Shown piece by piece: positions 18,413-27,633 of a stretch of DNA of 32,000 bases (the first letter of the stretch is position 1; each line of letters starts with the position of its first letter). The DNA is taken from assembly GCF_000011805.1 (NCBI RefSeq), contig NC_006840.2. The stretch is one strand, 5' to 3'. Under the pieces are notes generated by a model, which ran no database searches, was not told the DNA's origin, and was given only the letters and a program-made list of their open reading frames with translations. A program made the position numbers and the translations under genes. This stretch comes from Aliivibrio fischeri ES114. Lineage in GTDB: Bacteria; Pseudomonadota; Gammaproteobacteria; Enterobacterales; Vibrionaceae.

Positions 18413-18892
18413 TTGACTAATAACGACATTCTACGACGCATTCGCTACACATTCGATTTCAACGATTCAAAAATGATTGCATTGTTTGCTGCAGCTGATC
18501 TGAAAGTAACTCGTGAAGAAGTATGTAACTGGCTGAAAGCTGATGACGATAAAGATTACAAAAGCTGTCAAGATGTACAATTAGCAACGTTCTTAAATGG
18601 TTTAATTAACGATAAACGTGGTAAGCGTGAAGGCGAACAACCAAAGCCTGAAGAAAAGTTAACAAACAATATTATTCTGAAGAAACTACAAATTGCTTTG
18701 AACCTTAAAGCTGATGAGGTTTTAGATCTTCTAAAATTAGTTAACTTTCGTTTAAGTAAGCATGAGTTAAGTGCTTTCTTCCGTAAACCAGATCATAAAC
18801 ATTACCGTGTGTGTAAAGATCAAGTATTACGTAACTTCTTACAAGCTGTACAACAAAACTTACGTGGCGAATCAACAGAAGAAGCTAAGTAA
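18413..18892 (+). CDS. yehS: YehS/DUF1456 family protein
   Basis: Two repeated DUF1456-type units: NNDILRRIRYTFDFNDSKMIALFAAADLKVTREEVCNWLK / NNIILKKLQIALNLKADEVLDLLKLVNFRLSKHELSAFFRKPDHKHY. Confidence 0.88.
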   Translation: MTNNDILRRIRYTFDFNDSKMIALFAAADLKVTREEVCNWLKADDDKDYKSCQDVQLATFLNGLINDKRGKREGEQPKPEEKLTNNIILKKLQIALNLKADEVLDLLKLVNFRLSKHELSAFFRKPDHKHYRVCKDQVLRNFLQAVQQNLRGESTEEAK

Positions 18893-18927
18893 TTCGTATA
18901 AGCTCTCTATTTAATAGAGAATGAATA

Positions 18928-18959
18928 AAAAAACCACTGAATAATCAGTGGTTTTTTTG
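18928..18959. terminator. Bidirectional rho-independent terminator
   Basis: AAAAAACCACTGAATAATCAGTGGTTTTTTT. Confidence 0.85.
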
Positions 18960-18964
18960 TAGAG

Positions 18965-19477
18965 TTAAAAGCTCCATTGCATACTCATCACGATAATTCC
19001 GGGTAAGATGAACCCAGCTTCAACGCCAAAATAGTCTGTTAAATTATATTGAGCGGCGTGATATATGTAAGGGGCAAATCCAACACCAAATTTTTCTTTG
19101 GATGTTTTATAAATACCGCCATCGCCACAATCATCGAATGCATCAAAGAAAAACTCACCGGCATAAGAATAAATCCCTTTGATCACGACTTTATCGTTAA
19201 CTTGATACCAATCTTTACGTACACCAATAAGCATACAGCGGTTAGCTTGGCTATTTAAAAAAGTACCAACCATTAAACTGTAATCAGATTCTTCGCTAAA
19301 TTTACGTTCGATAGAAAAATACTGATTTCCAAAGTACTGGTGTGAATCAGGATCGTATGGCACTAAATGATACAAGAAAGAACCGGTATTCATTGAGTAA
19401 AGTGATAGAGATTCTGCGCTTGTTCTGAAAGGAATAAGAGAAAGTAACAGAATAAATGTAAATAAATGAGGGTTCAT
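18965..19477 (-). CDS. Hypothetical exported protein, possible small outer-membrane beta-barrel
   Basis: 170 aa; signal peptide MNPHLFTFILLLSLIPFRTSA; alternating aromatic/Gly-rich pattern and C-terminal ...IVMSMQWSF ending in Phe. Confidence 0.65.
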   Translation of the reverse strand: MNPHLFTFILLLSLIPFRTSAESLSLYSMNTGSFLYHLVPYDPDSHQYFGNQYFSIERKFSEESDYSLMVGTFLNSQANRCMLIGVRKDWYQVNDKVVIKGIYSYAGEFFFDAFDDCGDGGIYKTSKEKFGVGFAPYIYHAAQYNLTDYFGVEAGFILPGIIVMSMQWSF

Positions 19478-19531
19478 AAATATAAAATGTTAAATAAAAA
19501 GGCGATTCATTATAATTGCTTTGTTCATAAA

Positions 19532-19560
19532 TAAAAAGGGAGAGCCGTGATTGCTCTCCC
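19532..19560 (-). terminator. Rho-independent terminator of the DAACS symporter gene
   Basis: Minus strand: GGGAGAGC AATCACG GCTCTCCC TTTTTAT. Confidence 0.8.
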
Positions 19561-19590
19561 ATTATCGTTACTTAAGTGACTAAATTATAA

Positions 19591-20874
19591 TTAATTTCTC
19601 ATTGTTTGAGCGAATGTCGCCCCATCTTCAACTTCTGTTTCTGCGATTTCGCCTTCTGATTTTGCAACAATGGTATTTACTGCGGTATCACCAACCACAT
19701 TTGATGAAGTACAGAACATATCGTTAATACGGTCAACGGCAGCAACAATTGCTAATCCTTCTGGTGGAAGTCCTAATTGGTGCAAGATAACACCAACCAT
19801 AACAACGCCACCGCCAGGAACACCACCAGCACCAATAGAAAGTAATAGGATGGTAAAGCCAAGAGTGAATAAGTCAGCTGAATTAATCGGTTGTCCAAAT
19901 GCATTTGCTACAAAGATAGCAGCAAGTGCGATATAGATTGATACGCCAGACATGTTCATTGTTGCACCTAAAGGAACCCCAAAGCCTGCGACTGATTTAG
20001 ATACGTTCAGTTTCTCTGTAAGAGTACGCATCGTTACAGGGATAGTTGCATTTGAACTTGCTGTTGATAGTGAAAATAGAATTTGTTCACGAACTGCACG
20101 TAAAAATGTTTTTGGAGAAATTCCTGTAGTTAGACCTACCATTATTGGGTAGAAAACAAAAATCCAGAATACAAGCATAGCGATAACAAGAGCAACATAG
20201 CCAGCCACTGACATTAGTGTATTTGCATCTAAAGTAGCGCCTAATTGAATCATAAGCGCAAAAACACCATAAGGGGCAAGACTCATTACTAAGCTAATTA
20301 GCTTCATCATGATTTCATTCGCAACTTTAAAGGTCTTAATTGCAGGGCCGCCACGGTGGTCAAGTGCCTGAATAGCTAGGCCAGTTAGAATTGCCATAAA
20401 GATGATTTGCAGCATATCGCCACTTGCAAACGCTTGAATAGGGTTGCTTGGTACAATATTCGTTATTAGAGAAAAGATATCAGGTGTTTCTGTTGCTTTT
20501 AATTCAACCGTACCTGCAGCAATCGTTCCTGCTAAATTTGCGTCAGCGCCTGGCGCAAATATCATACCTACTGTTAATGCAGCAGCAATCGCAATGATGG
20601 TGTTAATAAGGTAAAGAGCAAAAGTTTTACCACCAAGGCGACCAAAAGAGGCAATGTCTTTTAATTCAACGATGCCACAAACTATCGAAACATAAACAAG
20701 AGGAACAACAAGAAGTTTAATTAGAGAGACAAACATCCCACCAACGCCTTCGGCAGCTCCTAATATAACTGAATCAAAAAAAGCAATGCCATTAAACATA
20801 TATTGAATAGCAGTACCTATTAATAGGCCTGCGAATAAACCTATAAAAATTTTACTGGAAAGTGACTTTTTCAT
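19591..20874 (-). CDS. Dicarboxylate/amino acid:cation (Na+/H+) symporter, DAACS family
   Basis: FSLSTASSNATIPVTMRTLTEKLNVSKSVAGFGVPLGATMNMSG and VAAVDRINDMFCTSSNVVGDTAVNTIVAK; 427 aa. Confidence 0.93.
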   Translation of the reverse strand: MKKSLSSKIFIGLFAGLLIGTAIQYMFNGIAFFDSVILGAAEGVGGMFVSLIKLLVVPLVYVSIVCGIVELKDIASFGRLGGKTFALYLINTIIAIAAALTVGMIFAPGADANLAGTIAAGTVELKATETPDIFSLITNIVPSNPIQAFASGDMLQIIFMAILTGLAIQALDHRGGPAIKTFKVANEIMMKLISLVMSLAPYGVFALMIQLGATLDANTLMSVAGYVALVIAMLVFWIFVFYPIMVGLTTGISPKTFLRAVREQILFSLSTASSNATIPVTMRTLTEKLNVSKSVAGFGVPLGATMNMSGVSIYIALAAIFVANAFGQPINSADLFTLGFTILLLSIGAGGVPGGGVVMVGVILHQLGLPPEGLAIVAAVDRINDMFCTSSNVVGDTAVNTIVAKSEGEIAETEVEDGATFAQTMRN

Positions 20875-21154
20875 AATTTTCCTTTACTCCGGATATTGTG
20901 TTCACTAATACGTGATTTCTATAACGTTTCTCTATTGATTGAGAATTCAACGGGATGTTTACATATTGTTAATATATTTAAAAGAAAAAAATAACGTCTG
21001 ATTTTTAAGAGAGAGAAGTTTAGTTTTGTATGCTTATTGAGCAAATAAACAATAAGAAATAAGAAAACCAATTACTTATAAGAAGTGTTTTGATATAGCT
21101 TTACGTTATAAAAGGACTTTTGAATGGTAAAATTAACTCTCATTTATGTGTTGT

Positions 21155-21174
21155 ATGTCACGTAAATGTGACAT
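21155..21174. promoter_or_regulatory. Perfect inverted repeat, candidate regulator site upstream of amidohydrolase gene
   Basis: ATGTCAC-GTAAAT-GTGACAT, 7-bp perfect arms. Confidence 0.5.
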
Positions 21175-21303
21175 CTTGCTGCGAGTGAATTCAAGATTTA
21201 AAGGAAACTGTGATGTGTGCCATATCAATTAATCACAATGATCTTGATATAAAAGCAATAACGTATACCATTCCTGTCAATTTTATTAATAACGAGTTGA
21301 CCC

Positions 21304-22713
21304 ATGTATTTACGAAAATCGCTAGTCGCTGCAGCCGTTGCAGCAAGCTCATTATTTTCTTTTTCTGCTGTTTCTGCACAACAAGCAGACTTAATGATCA
21401 CTGACGCAACAGTACTGACAATGAACGCTGCAAAAGACGTTTATGAAAATGGTGTTGTTGTGATTAAAGGCAATAAAATTTTAGCGGTAGGTACAGAGGA
21501 ACTTGCTAAAAAATATTCAGCGAAAACCACATTAGATGTGGATGGCGATATTGTACTGCCAGGCTTAATTAATACCCATACGCATGCTTCAATGACGGTT
21601 TTCCGATCATTAGGTGATGACGTTCCTGACCGTTTACACCGTTATATATTCCCTCTAGAAAAGAAATTAGTGTCACGTGATATGGTCCGTATTGGTGCTA
21701 ATTTGGGTAACGTTGAAATGGTAAAAGGTGGGGTGACCACTTATGCTGATATGTACTATTTTGAAGATGAAGTTGCAAAAACAGTCGATAAGATTGGTAT
21801 GCGTGCAATTTTAGGTGAGAGTGTTATTAAGTTCCCTGTTGCTGATGCAGCAAATGCCGACGAGGGCATTCAATACGCCCTAAATTTTATCGAGGAATAT
21901 AAAGATCACCCTCGTATTACACCAGCGTTTGCTCCTCATGCTCCTTATACAAATACTACTGAAACACTGCAAAAAATTGCCAAGTTATCATTAGAGTTAG
22001 ATGTTCCTGTTATGATTCATTTGGCAGAATCTCATCGTGAAGAGGAGGTGATTGCCGAACGTTCTAATGGGATGTCTCCAGTCGAATATATGCACAGTAT
22101 TGGAGCGCTTAATAAGAACCTGATTGGCGCTCATATGATCTTAATTGATGACAAAGATATTGAGTTAGTAAAAGAAGCGGATATGGGTGTTGCTCACAAT
22201 ATGAGTGCAAACATTAAGTCTGCGAAAGGGGTATCACCAGCTCTGAAAATGTACGACGAGGACGTGCGTATTGGTTTAGGTACAGACGGTCCAATGTCAG
22301 GTAATACACTAAGCATTATTGATGAGTTTAACCAAGTAGCGAAAGTTCATAAACTGGTGAATAAAGATCGTGCAGCAATGCCACCGTTAAAAGTCATTGA
22401 TATGGCGACAATGGGTGCAGCAAAAGCATTACATATGGAAGATAAGATAGGCTCGCTAGAAGTTGGGAAATTAGCAGATATCATTGTGGTAGATACCAAA
22501 GCACCAAATATGTTACCAGTTTACAACCCATATTCAGCGTTAGTTTACTCTGCTAACTCAGGGAATGTTCGCCATACAATTGTGGATGGTGAAATTCTGA
22601 TGAAAGATCGTGAACTATTAACGGTTAATGAAGATGAAATCCGTAAAGAACTGATTGAATTTACAAAGGTTGTTCGTAAAACTGTTATCGATAGCGGTGA
22701 AGTTGTTCAATAA
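21304..22713 (+). CDS. Exported amidohydrolase, MTA/SAH deaminase-like (ATZ/TRZ family)
   Basis: Signal peptide MYLRKSLVAAAVAASSLFSFSAVSA; metal motif GLINTHTHASMTVFRSLGDDVPDRLHRYIFPLEKK; HLAES; LGTDGPMSGNTLSIIDEF; C-terminal GKLADIIVVD. Confidence 0.87.
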   Translation: MYLRKSLVAAAVAASSLFSFSAVSAQQADLMITDATVLTMNAAKDVYENGVVVIKGNKILAVGTEELAKKYSAKTTLDVDGDIVLPGLINTHTHASMTVFRSLGDDVPDRLHRYIFPLEKKLVSRDMVRIGANLGNVEMVKGGVTTYADMYYFEDEVAKTVDKIGMRAILGESVIKFPVADAANADEGIQYALNFIEEYKDHPRITPAFAPHAPYTNTTETLQKIAKLSLELDVPVMIHLAESHREEEVIAERSNGMSPVEYMHSIGALNKNLIGAHMILIDDKDIELVKEADMGVAHNMSANIKSAKGVSPALKMYDEDVRIGLGTDGPMSGNTLSIIDEFNQVAKVHKLVNKDRAAMPPLKVIDMATMGAAKALHMEDKIGSLEVGKLADIIVVDTKAPNMLPVYNPYSALVYSANSGNVRHTIVDGEILMKDRELLTVNEDEIRKELIEFTKVVRKTVIDSGEVVQ

Positions 22714-22737
22714 TCTTTAATAAGAAAACGTTTGTTT

Positions 22738-22767
22738 AAAGCCAGTTGTTATTCAACTGGCTTTTTT
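22738..22767 (+). terminator. Rho-independent terminator
   Basis: AAAGCCAGTTG TTATT CAACTGGCTTTTTT. Confidence 0.85.
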
Positions 22768-22825
22768 GCTATTTGCGTAATGAAGTCTAAGATCAATATA
22801 TACCAATCATGTAATAGGTGCTGAT

Positions 22826-24373
22826 ATGGGACGATTGATAATTATTCTTTTTGTACTTTTTTCCTCTTTATGCAAGCCTATTCATGCCGCTTTGATTGAT
22901 ACCTACATAGAGTATTATCAAGAACAACTTTTTTATCCTGAAATAACTCAACGCCTTTATAACGATGATACTTTAAAGTGGAAGTCTCCCTTAGCAAGAA
23001 AATACCTTGAGAATCAACTCGCACTTTTGGCATTAGCCCAATTAAATGACTCTGTCACTGCTCGTTACTATCAATTACAAGGAATGGATGGTGTTGAGTA
23101 CGATATTTTAGCAACCGATACATTAATTTATCTCAGAACCTATCAATCTAGTGTTTCAGCAAAAGGGAAGAAATGGTTTTTTGGTGGGCGAATAGAAGCA
23201 TCATTACCTAAACCACAACCTGAAACAATCAAAGGAATAACAAAAGCAATTGAAGAACGTGATTTAGTGAGTTTTACTCATGCTTTGCGACCTAGCTCTG
23301 ATCAATATGAGGAGCTCTATCAGCGTCTATTTCATTATTATCAACCCTATGAAGACAGTGAAAGTGTATTCATTAAAGAGCGCTTGATCAGACCAAACCA
23401 ACTCACTGATGTGAACGCCATTATTTATCGTTTACAAGTTTCTGGTGAAATTAATCATCAAGAAGCAGACATGTTATTAAGGCAAAGTAATGATCATTAT
23501 GATTCATCCTTGGTTTTAATCATTAAAGAGTTTCAGAAAAGGCATGGTTTAAAACAAGATGGGATAATCGGCCCTAAAACCTTACATTGGCTCAATATGA
23601 CAGCGAAAGAGCGTGTACGTATCATGGCATTAAATATTCAGCGTTTGCGCTTATGGGAGAATAAGAACTCGAATTTCGTATTAGTGAATATTCCGTCCTA
23701 CGAGATGGCTTATTGGCAAGAAGGAGAGTTGGTGTTTACGAGTAAAGTCATTGTTGGTAAACCTGAAAGGCGAACACCTATTTTCACTACTAGGTTAAAT
23801 GCAATTGTGTTTAATCCTGAATGGAAAGTACCAACAAAAATAATGCGAGAAGATATTTTACCAAAGGCATTAAATAATAAAGATTTTTTACAATCACAAA
23901 ATTTCGAGATTATTCCTACATGGCTAAGTAAAGAGGTTATCTCTATTGATGATATTGATTGGGAGCAGGTGAATGTAGAGACTTTTCCTTATAAGTTAAA
24001 GCAGAAATCAGGTAACACCAATGCACTGGGACGATATAAATTTAATACACCTAATCGAAATGCCATTTATCTGCATGATACGCCATCTCGTTCACTATTT
24101 AGTAAGCAGCATAGAGCATACAGTTCAGGATGCATTCGGGTTGAAAAGGCCTCGGAGTTTGCCCAATTGCTTATGAAGGAATCTCACTTCTCAACTCAAG
24201 ATTATAAGGATTATCATGAGTTACCAGAGACAAGCAAAGTTTCGTTGGATCAGCAGATATCCGTTTATACCATATATCAAACTTCCTGGGTTGGAGAAGA
24301 TAACCAAGTGCAGTTTAGAATGATATATACAAATACGATGAATGGAGTAAAAGTCGAAATTGATAAAAATTAG
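22826..24373 (+). CDS. L,D-transpeptidase, YcbB/LdtD-like
   Basis: PG_binding_1 segment FQKRHGLKQDGIIGPKTLHWLNM and YkuD active site IYLHDTPSRSLFSKQHRAYSSGCIRVEKASEFAQLL; signal peptide. Confidence 0.92.
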   Translation: MGRLIIILFVLFSSLCKPIHAALIDTYIEYYQEQLFYPEITQRLYNDDTLKWKSPLARKYLENQLALLALAQLNDSVTARYYQLQGMDGVEYDILATDTLIYLRTYQSSVSAKGKKWFFGGRIEASLPKPQPETIKGITKAIEERDLVSFTHALRPSSDQYEELYQRLFHYYQPYEDSESVFIKERLIRPNQLTDVNAIIYRLQVSGEINHQEADMLLRQSNDHYDSSLVLIIKEFQKRHGLKQDGIIGPKTLHWLNMTAKERVRIMALNIQRLRLWENKNSNFVLVNIPSYEMAYWQEGELVFTSKVIVGKPERRTPIFTTRLNAIVFNPEWKVPTKIMREDILPKALNNKDFLQSQNFEIIPTWLSKEVISIDDIDWEQVNVETFPYKLKQKSGNTNALGRYKFNTPNRNAIYLHDTPSRSLFSKQHRAYSSGCIRVEKASEFAQLLMKESHFSTQDYKDYHELPETSKVSLDQQISVYTIYQTSWVGEDNQVQFRMIYTNTMNGVKVEIDKN

Positions 24374-24537
24374 CTGTTTGAATAGTGATAAAAAATCATT
24401 TACTGTTCAATAAGTAAGCTAAATTGGGCTCATAAGGCAGATAAAATTAACTGTTTATTATTTGACCAATTGATAATTGGTGTGTATCTTTGCGCTCAGT
24501 TACTGATTGATCTATTTATAAGTGAGTCCTTTACTGC

Positions 24538-25089
24538 ATGTCTGAATTTAGTCCATTACGCCGTAAGATCCTTCTTGGTGGCGCAGCTACTGCTGGTTTA
24601 AGTTTATTTCCTTCATTCTCTTTTGCTTCACAATTTGCAGAGACGCCTCGTAAGTTAGCTTTGAGCAATTTACACACAGGTGAAGAATTAAAAACAGAAT
24701 ATTTCAATGGACGACAATATCAAAGTGCGGAACTTCATAAGTTAAATCATTTATGCCGAGATTTCCGTCGTAACGAAAGTATTGAGATGGATAAACGTCT
24801 ATTTGATCAGTTATCAGCGATTCAAAATGTGATTGGTTGTGATACACAAGTTCAAATTATTTCAGGATATCGCTCACCAGCTACAAATGAAATGTTACGT
24901 GGGAAGTCTCACGGTGGTGTAGCGAAAAAAAGCTTACATATGCTTGGTAAAGCAATGGATTTTCGTTTAGAAGGTGTACCATTAGCTGAAGTAAGAAAAG
25001 CGGCATTATCATTAAAAGCGGGTGGAGTAGGTTATTACCCGGGTAGCAACTTTGTTCATATCGATACGGGTAGAGTACGTTTTTGGTAA
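24538..25089 (+). CDS. YcbK/DUF882 family murein endopeptidase (MepK-like), twin-arginine-type signal
   Basis: SPLRRKILLGGAATAGLSLFPSFSFA; VQIISGYRSPATNEML...HGGVAKKSLHMLGKAMDFRLEGVPL; GGVGYYPGSNFVHIDTGRVRFW. Confidence 0.9.
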   Translation: MSEFSPLRRKILLGGAATAGLSLFPSFSFASQFAETPRKLALSNLHTGEELKTEYFNGRQYQSAELHKLNHLCRDFRRNESIEMDKRLFDQLSAIQNVIGCDTQVQIISGYRSPATNEMLRGKSHGGVAKKSLHMLGKAMDFRLEGVPLAEVRKAALSLKAGGVGYYPGSNFVHIDTGRVRFW

Positions 25090-25102
25090 TGAATACTTAT
25101 TG

Positions 25103-25136
25103 AAAAAATGGCGACCAATGTGGTCGCCATTTTTGT
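25103..25136 (+). terminator. Rho-independent terminator
   Basis: AAAAAATGGCGACCAATGTGGTCGCCATTTTTG; also T-run on the minus strand so may be bidirectional. Confidence 0.83.
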
Positions 25137-25181
25137 ATTCATTACTTGCTAATTAGGTTATCTCAATAAAGATAATACGAA

Positions 25182-26600
25182 TTAGAAGTTAGCTGAACGT
25201 GGAGTACGTGGGAACGGGATAACGTCACGAACGTTGCCCATACCAGTTACGTAAGATACTAGACGCTCAAAGCCAAGACCGAAACCAGCATGAGGAACTG
25301 TGCCGTAACGACGTAAATCGCGGTACCAGCTCATGTGCTCAGGGTCGATACCCATTTCAATCATACGTGCATCAAGAATGTCTAAACGCTCTTCACGTTG
25401 AGAACCACCAATGATCTCACCAATGCCAGGTGCAAGAACATCCATTGCAGCAACTGTTTTACCATCGTCATTTTGACGCATGTAGAATGCTTTGATGTCT
25501 TTCGGGTAGTTTTTAACGATAACTGGTGCTTTGAAGTGTTCTTCAGCAAGGTAACGCTCATGTTCAGAAGACATATCGATGCCCCACTCAACATCAAACT
25601 CAAAGTCACGACCAGAATCTTTAAGGATTTGGATAGCGTCAGTGTAGTCTACTTGTGCGAAATCAGAGCTTACGAATTGCTCTAGACGAGTGATTGCTTG
25701 TTTGTCGATGCGAGAAGCAAAGAACTCAAGGTCATCACGACGCTCAGCAAGAACGGCTTCGAATACATACTTAAGCATGTCTTCAGCTAGCTTAGCTACG
25801 TCATCAAGAGTAGCGAAAGCAACTTCAGGCTCAACCATCCAGAATTCAGCTAGGTGGCGACTTGTGTGTGAGTTTTCAGCACGGAAAGTAGGACCGAATG
25901 TGTAAACTTTGCTTAGTGCACAAGCGTAAGTTTCCGCATTAAGTTGACCAGATACGGTTAGGAATGTTTCTTTACCAAAGAAATCTTTGTCGTAATCAAC
26001 ATTGCCTTTGTCATCTAAAGGAAGGTTCGCATGGTCTAAAGTAGAAACACGGAACATTTCACCAGCACCTTCTGCATCAGATGCAGTGATAAGTGGAGCA
26101 GACATCCAGAAGTAGCCTTGCTCGTGGTAGAAACGGTGAATCGCTTGAGATAGACAGTTACGAACACGTGCAACCGCACCGATCACGTTAGTACGTGGGC
26201 GAAGGTGTGCAACTTCACGTAAATATTCAATTGAGTGACGAGTCTTAGCCATTGGGTAAGTTTCTGCGTCTTCAACCCAACCTACAACTTTAACTTCAGT
26301 TGCAGCAAGCTCAAAATCTTGACCTTTAGCAGGAGAAGCAACGATAGTACCAGTCACTTCAACAGAACAACCTGTTGTTAGTTTAAGCACTTCGTCGTTG
26401 TAATTATTTAAGTCATTAGGAACCACGGCCTGAATCGGGTCGAAACAAGAACCGTCATAAACAGCTAGGAAAGAAATACCAGCTTTAGAATCGCGACGCG
26501 AACGGATCCAACCGCGAACAGTTACTTCACTGTCAACCGCTAGTTTACCGCTTAATACGTCTGTTACAGGCGCGTAAGTCATGTTAAATACATTCTCCAT
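25182..26600 (-). CDS. asnS: Asparaginyl-tRNA synthetase (note 472 aa; ORF track start 26600)
   Basis: Class II aaRS motifs: [24 protein letters not shown]; [34 protein letters not shown]; N-terminal OB fold [20 protein letters not shown]. Confidence 0.96.
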   Translation of the reverse strand: MENVFNMTYAPVTDVLSGKLAVDSEVTVRGWIRSRRDSKAGISFLAVYDGSCFDPIQAVVPNDLNNYNDEVLKLTTGCSVEVTGTIVASPAKGQDFELAATEVKVVGWVEDAETYPMAKTRHSIEYLREVAHLRPRTNVIGAVARVRNCLSQAIHRFYHEQGYFWMSAPLITASDAEGAGEMFRVSTLDHANLPLDDKGNVDYDKDFFGKETFLTVSGQLNAETYACALSKVYTFGPTFRAENSHTSRHLAEFWMVEPEVAFATLDDVAKLAEDMLKYVFEAVLAERRDDLEFFASRIDKQAITRLEQFVSSDFAQVDYTDAIQILKDSGRDFEFDVEWGIDMSSEHERYLAEEHFKAPVIVKNYPKDIKAFYMRQNDDGKTVAAMDVLAPGIGEIIGGSQREERLDILDARMIEMGIDPEHMSWYRDLRRYGTVPHAGFGLGFERLVSYVTGMGNVRDVIPFPRTPRSANF

Positions 26601-26848
26601 TGTTGTGCCACATGCACGAATATTTTTATTTCAAGAGTGACATATTACCTTTCTTATAGCTCGCATCAAGTGTTGTTACGCTATAAAGATAAAAATTCAG
26701 GATAAGAATCAATTTTCGTTCTAAATTCGTCGAAAAAAACACCAATATGGTGAGGTTATATATACTTAAGTGTCACGAGTCTTGTTGTTTAGTAGAGAAG
26801 TAGAGTACTATCCCTGCTTCATAATATAGGTAATAGAGATTTTAACTA

Positions 26849-27211
26849 ATGACAACTGAACTATATAAAGACTTCATGTTTGAAGCAGCACACCATTTAC
26901 CACATGTACCAGAAGGTCATAAATGTGGTCGCCTTCATGGTCACTCTTTTTTAGTTCGTTTGTATGTTGAAGGTGAAGTTGATCCACATACAGGTTGGGT
27001 TGTTGATTTTGCAGAAATTAAAGCGGCATTCAAACCAACCTATGATCGTCTTGACCATTACTACCTAAACGACATTAAAGGGTTAGAAAACCCAACAAGT
27101 GAAGTATTAGCTAAGTGGATTTGGAATGAAGTAAAACCAAATTTACCACTGTTAAGCAAAATCGAAATTAAAGAAACCTGTACAGCAGGTTGTACTTACC
27201 GCGGTGAGTAA
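26849..27211 (+). CDS. queD: 6-carboxy-5,6,7,8-tetrahydropterin synthase QueD
   Basis: [32 protein letters not shown]; [10 protein letters not shown]; [12 protein letters not shown]; [15 protein letters not shown]. Confidence 0.93.
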   Translation: MTTELYKDFMFEAAHHLPHVPEGHKCGRLHGHSFLVRLYVEGEVDPHTGWVVDFAEIKAAFKPTYDRLDHYYLNDIKGLENPTSEVLAKWIWNEVKPNLPLLSKIEIKETCTAGCTYRGE

Positions 27212-27230
27212 GCTCGTATTCTGAGAAATT

Positions 27231-27262
27231 AAAAAGGCGCCTACAATTAGGCGCCTTTTTTT
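27231..27262 (+). terminator. Rho-independent terminator after queD
   Basis: AAAAAGGCGCCT ACAATT AGGCGCCTTTTTTT. Confidence 0.88.
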
Positions 27263-27376
27263 ATATTCACAATTAGGTCTAATAACTTCTAAATTATATA
27301 AAGGGTTATAGGTATCAAAATTAGATAATGATTAAAGTTCAGGTGAAGCATATGTCCTGAAATTAAATAAAAAAAG

Positions 27377-27422
27377 GGGACTCATTGGCTAAATTGGCTA
27401 AATTGGCTAAATTTTGAGTCCC
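27377..27422. repeat. Hairpin (8-bp perfect arms) whose loop holds three tandem 9-nt repeats
   Basis: GGGACTCA (27377-27384) - TTGGCTAAA x3 (27385-27411) - TTT - TGAGTCCC (27415-27422). Confidence 0.8.
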
Positions 27423-27633
27423 AAACCTGTAACGCCTGTCTACAGCAACACAGAAATTAGTGAGTGGCTTTCAGTCTATTGCCGTCACTATATTCGGCCA
27501 ACTGTAAAATCGGACAGGTTAACTATTAAATATTCATAAATTAGACTTAATTTCATTGATTGGTGTAAACACTATTGGTTCTAAATTACATATCTTTTGT
27601 CCATTAATTTTAGTAAGGCCGTAGTAGATTATT

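Noticed and set aside
19049-20152. ORFs opposite the exported protein and DAACS symporter genes
   Set aside because: No RBS or family match; they lie antisense to better-supported genes.
21210-21404. 66-aa ORF overlapping the start of the exported amidohydrolase
   Set aside because: Out of frame with the signal-peptide-encoding start; Cys/Phe-rich nonsense composition.
25382-25905. ORFs within asnS on both strands
   Set aside because: Shadows of the conserved asnS coding sequence.
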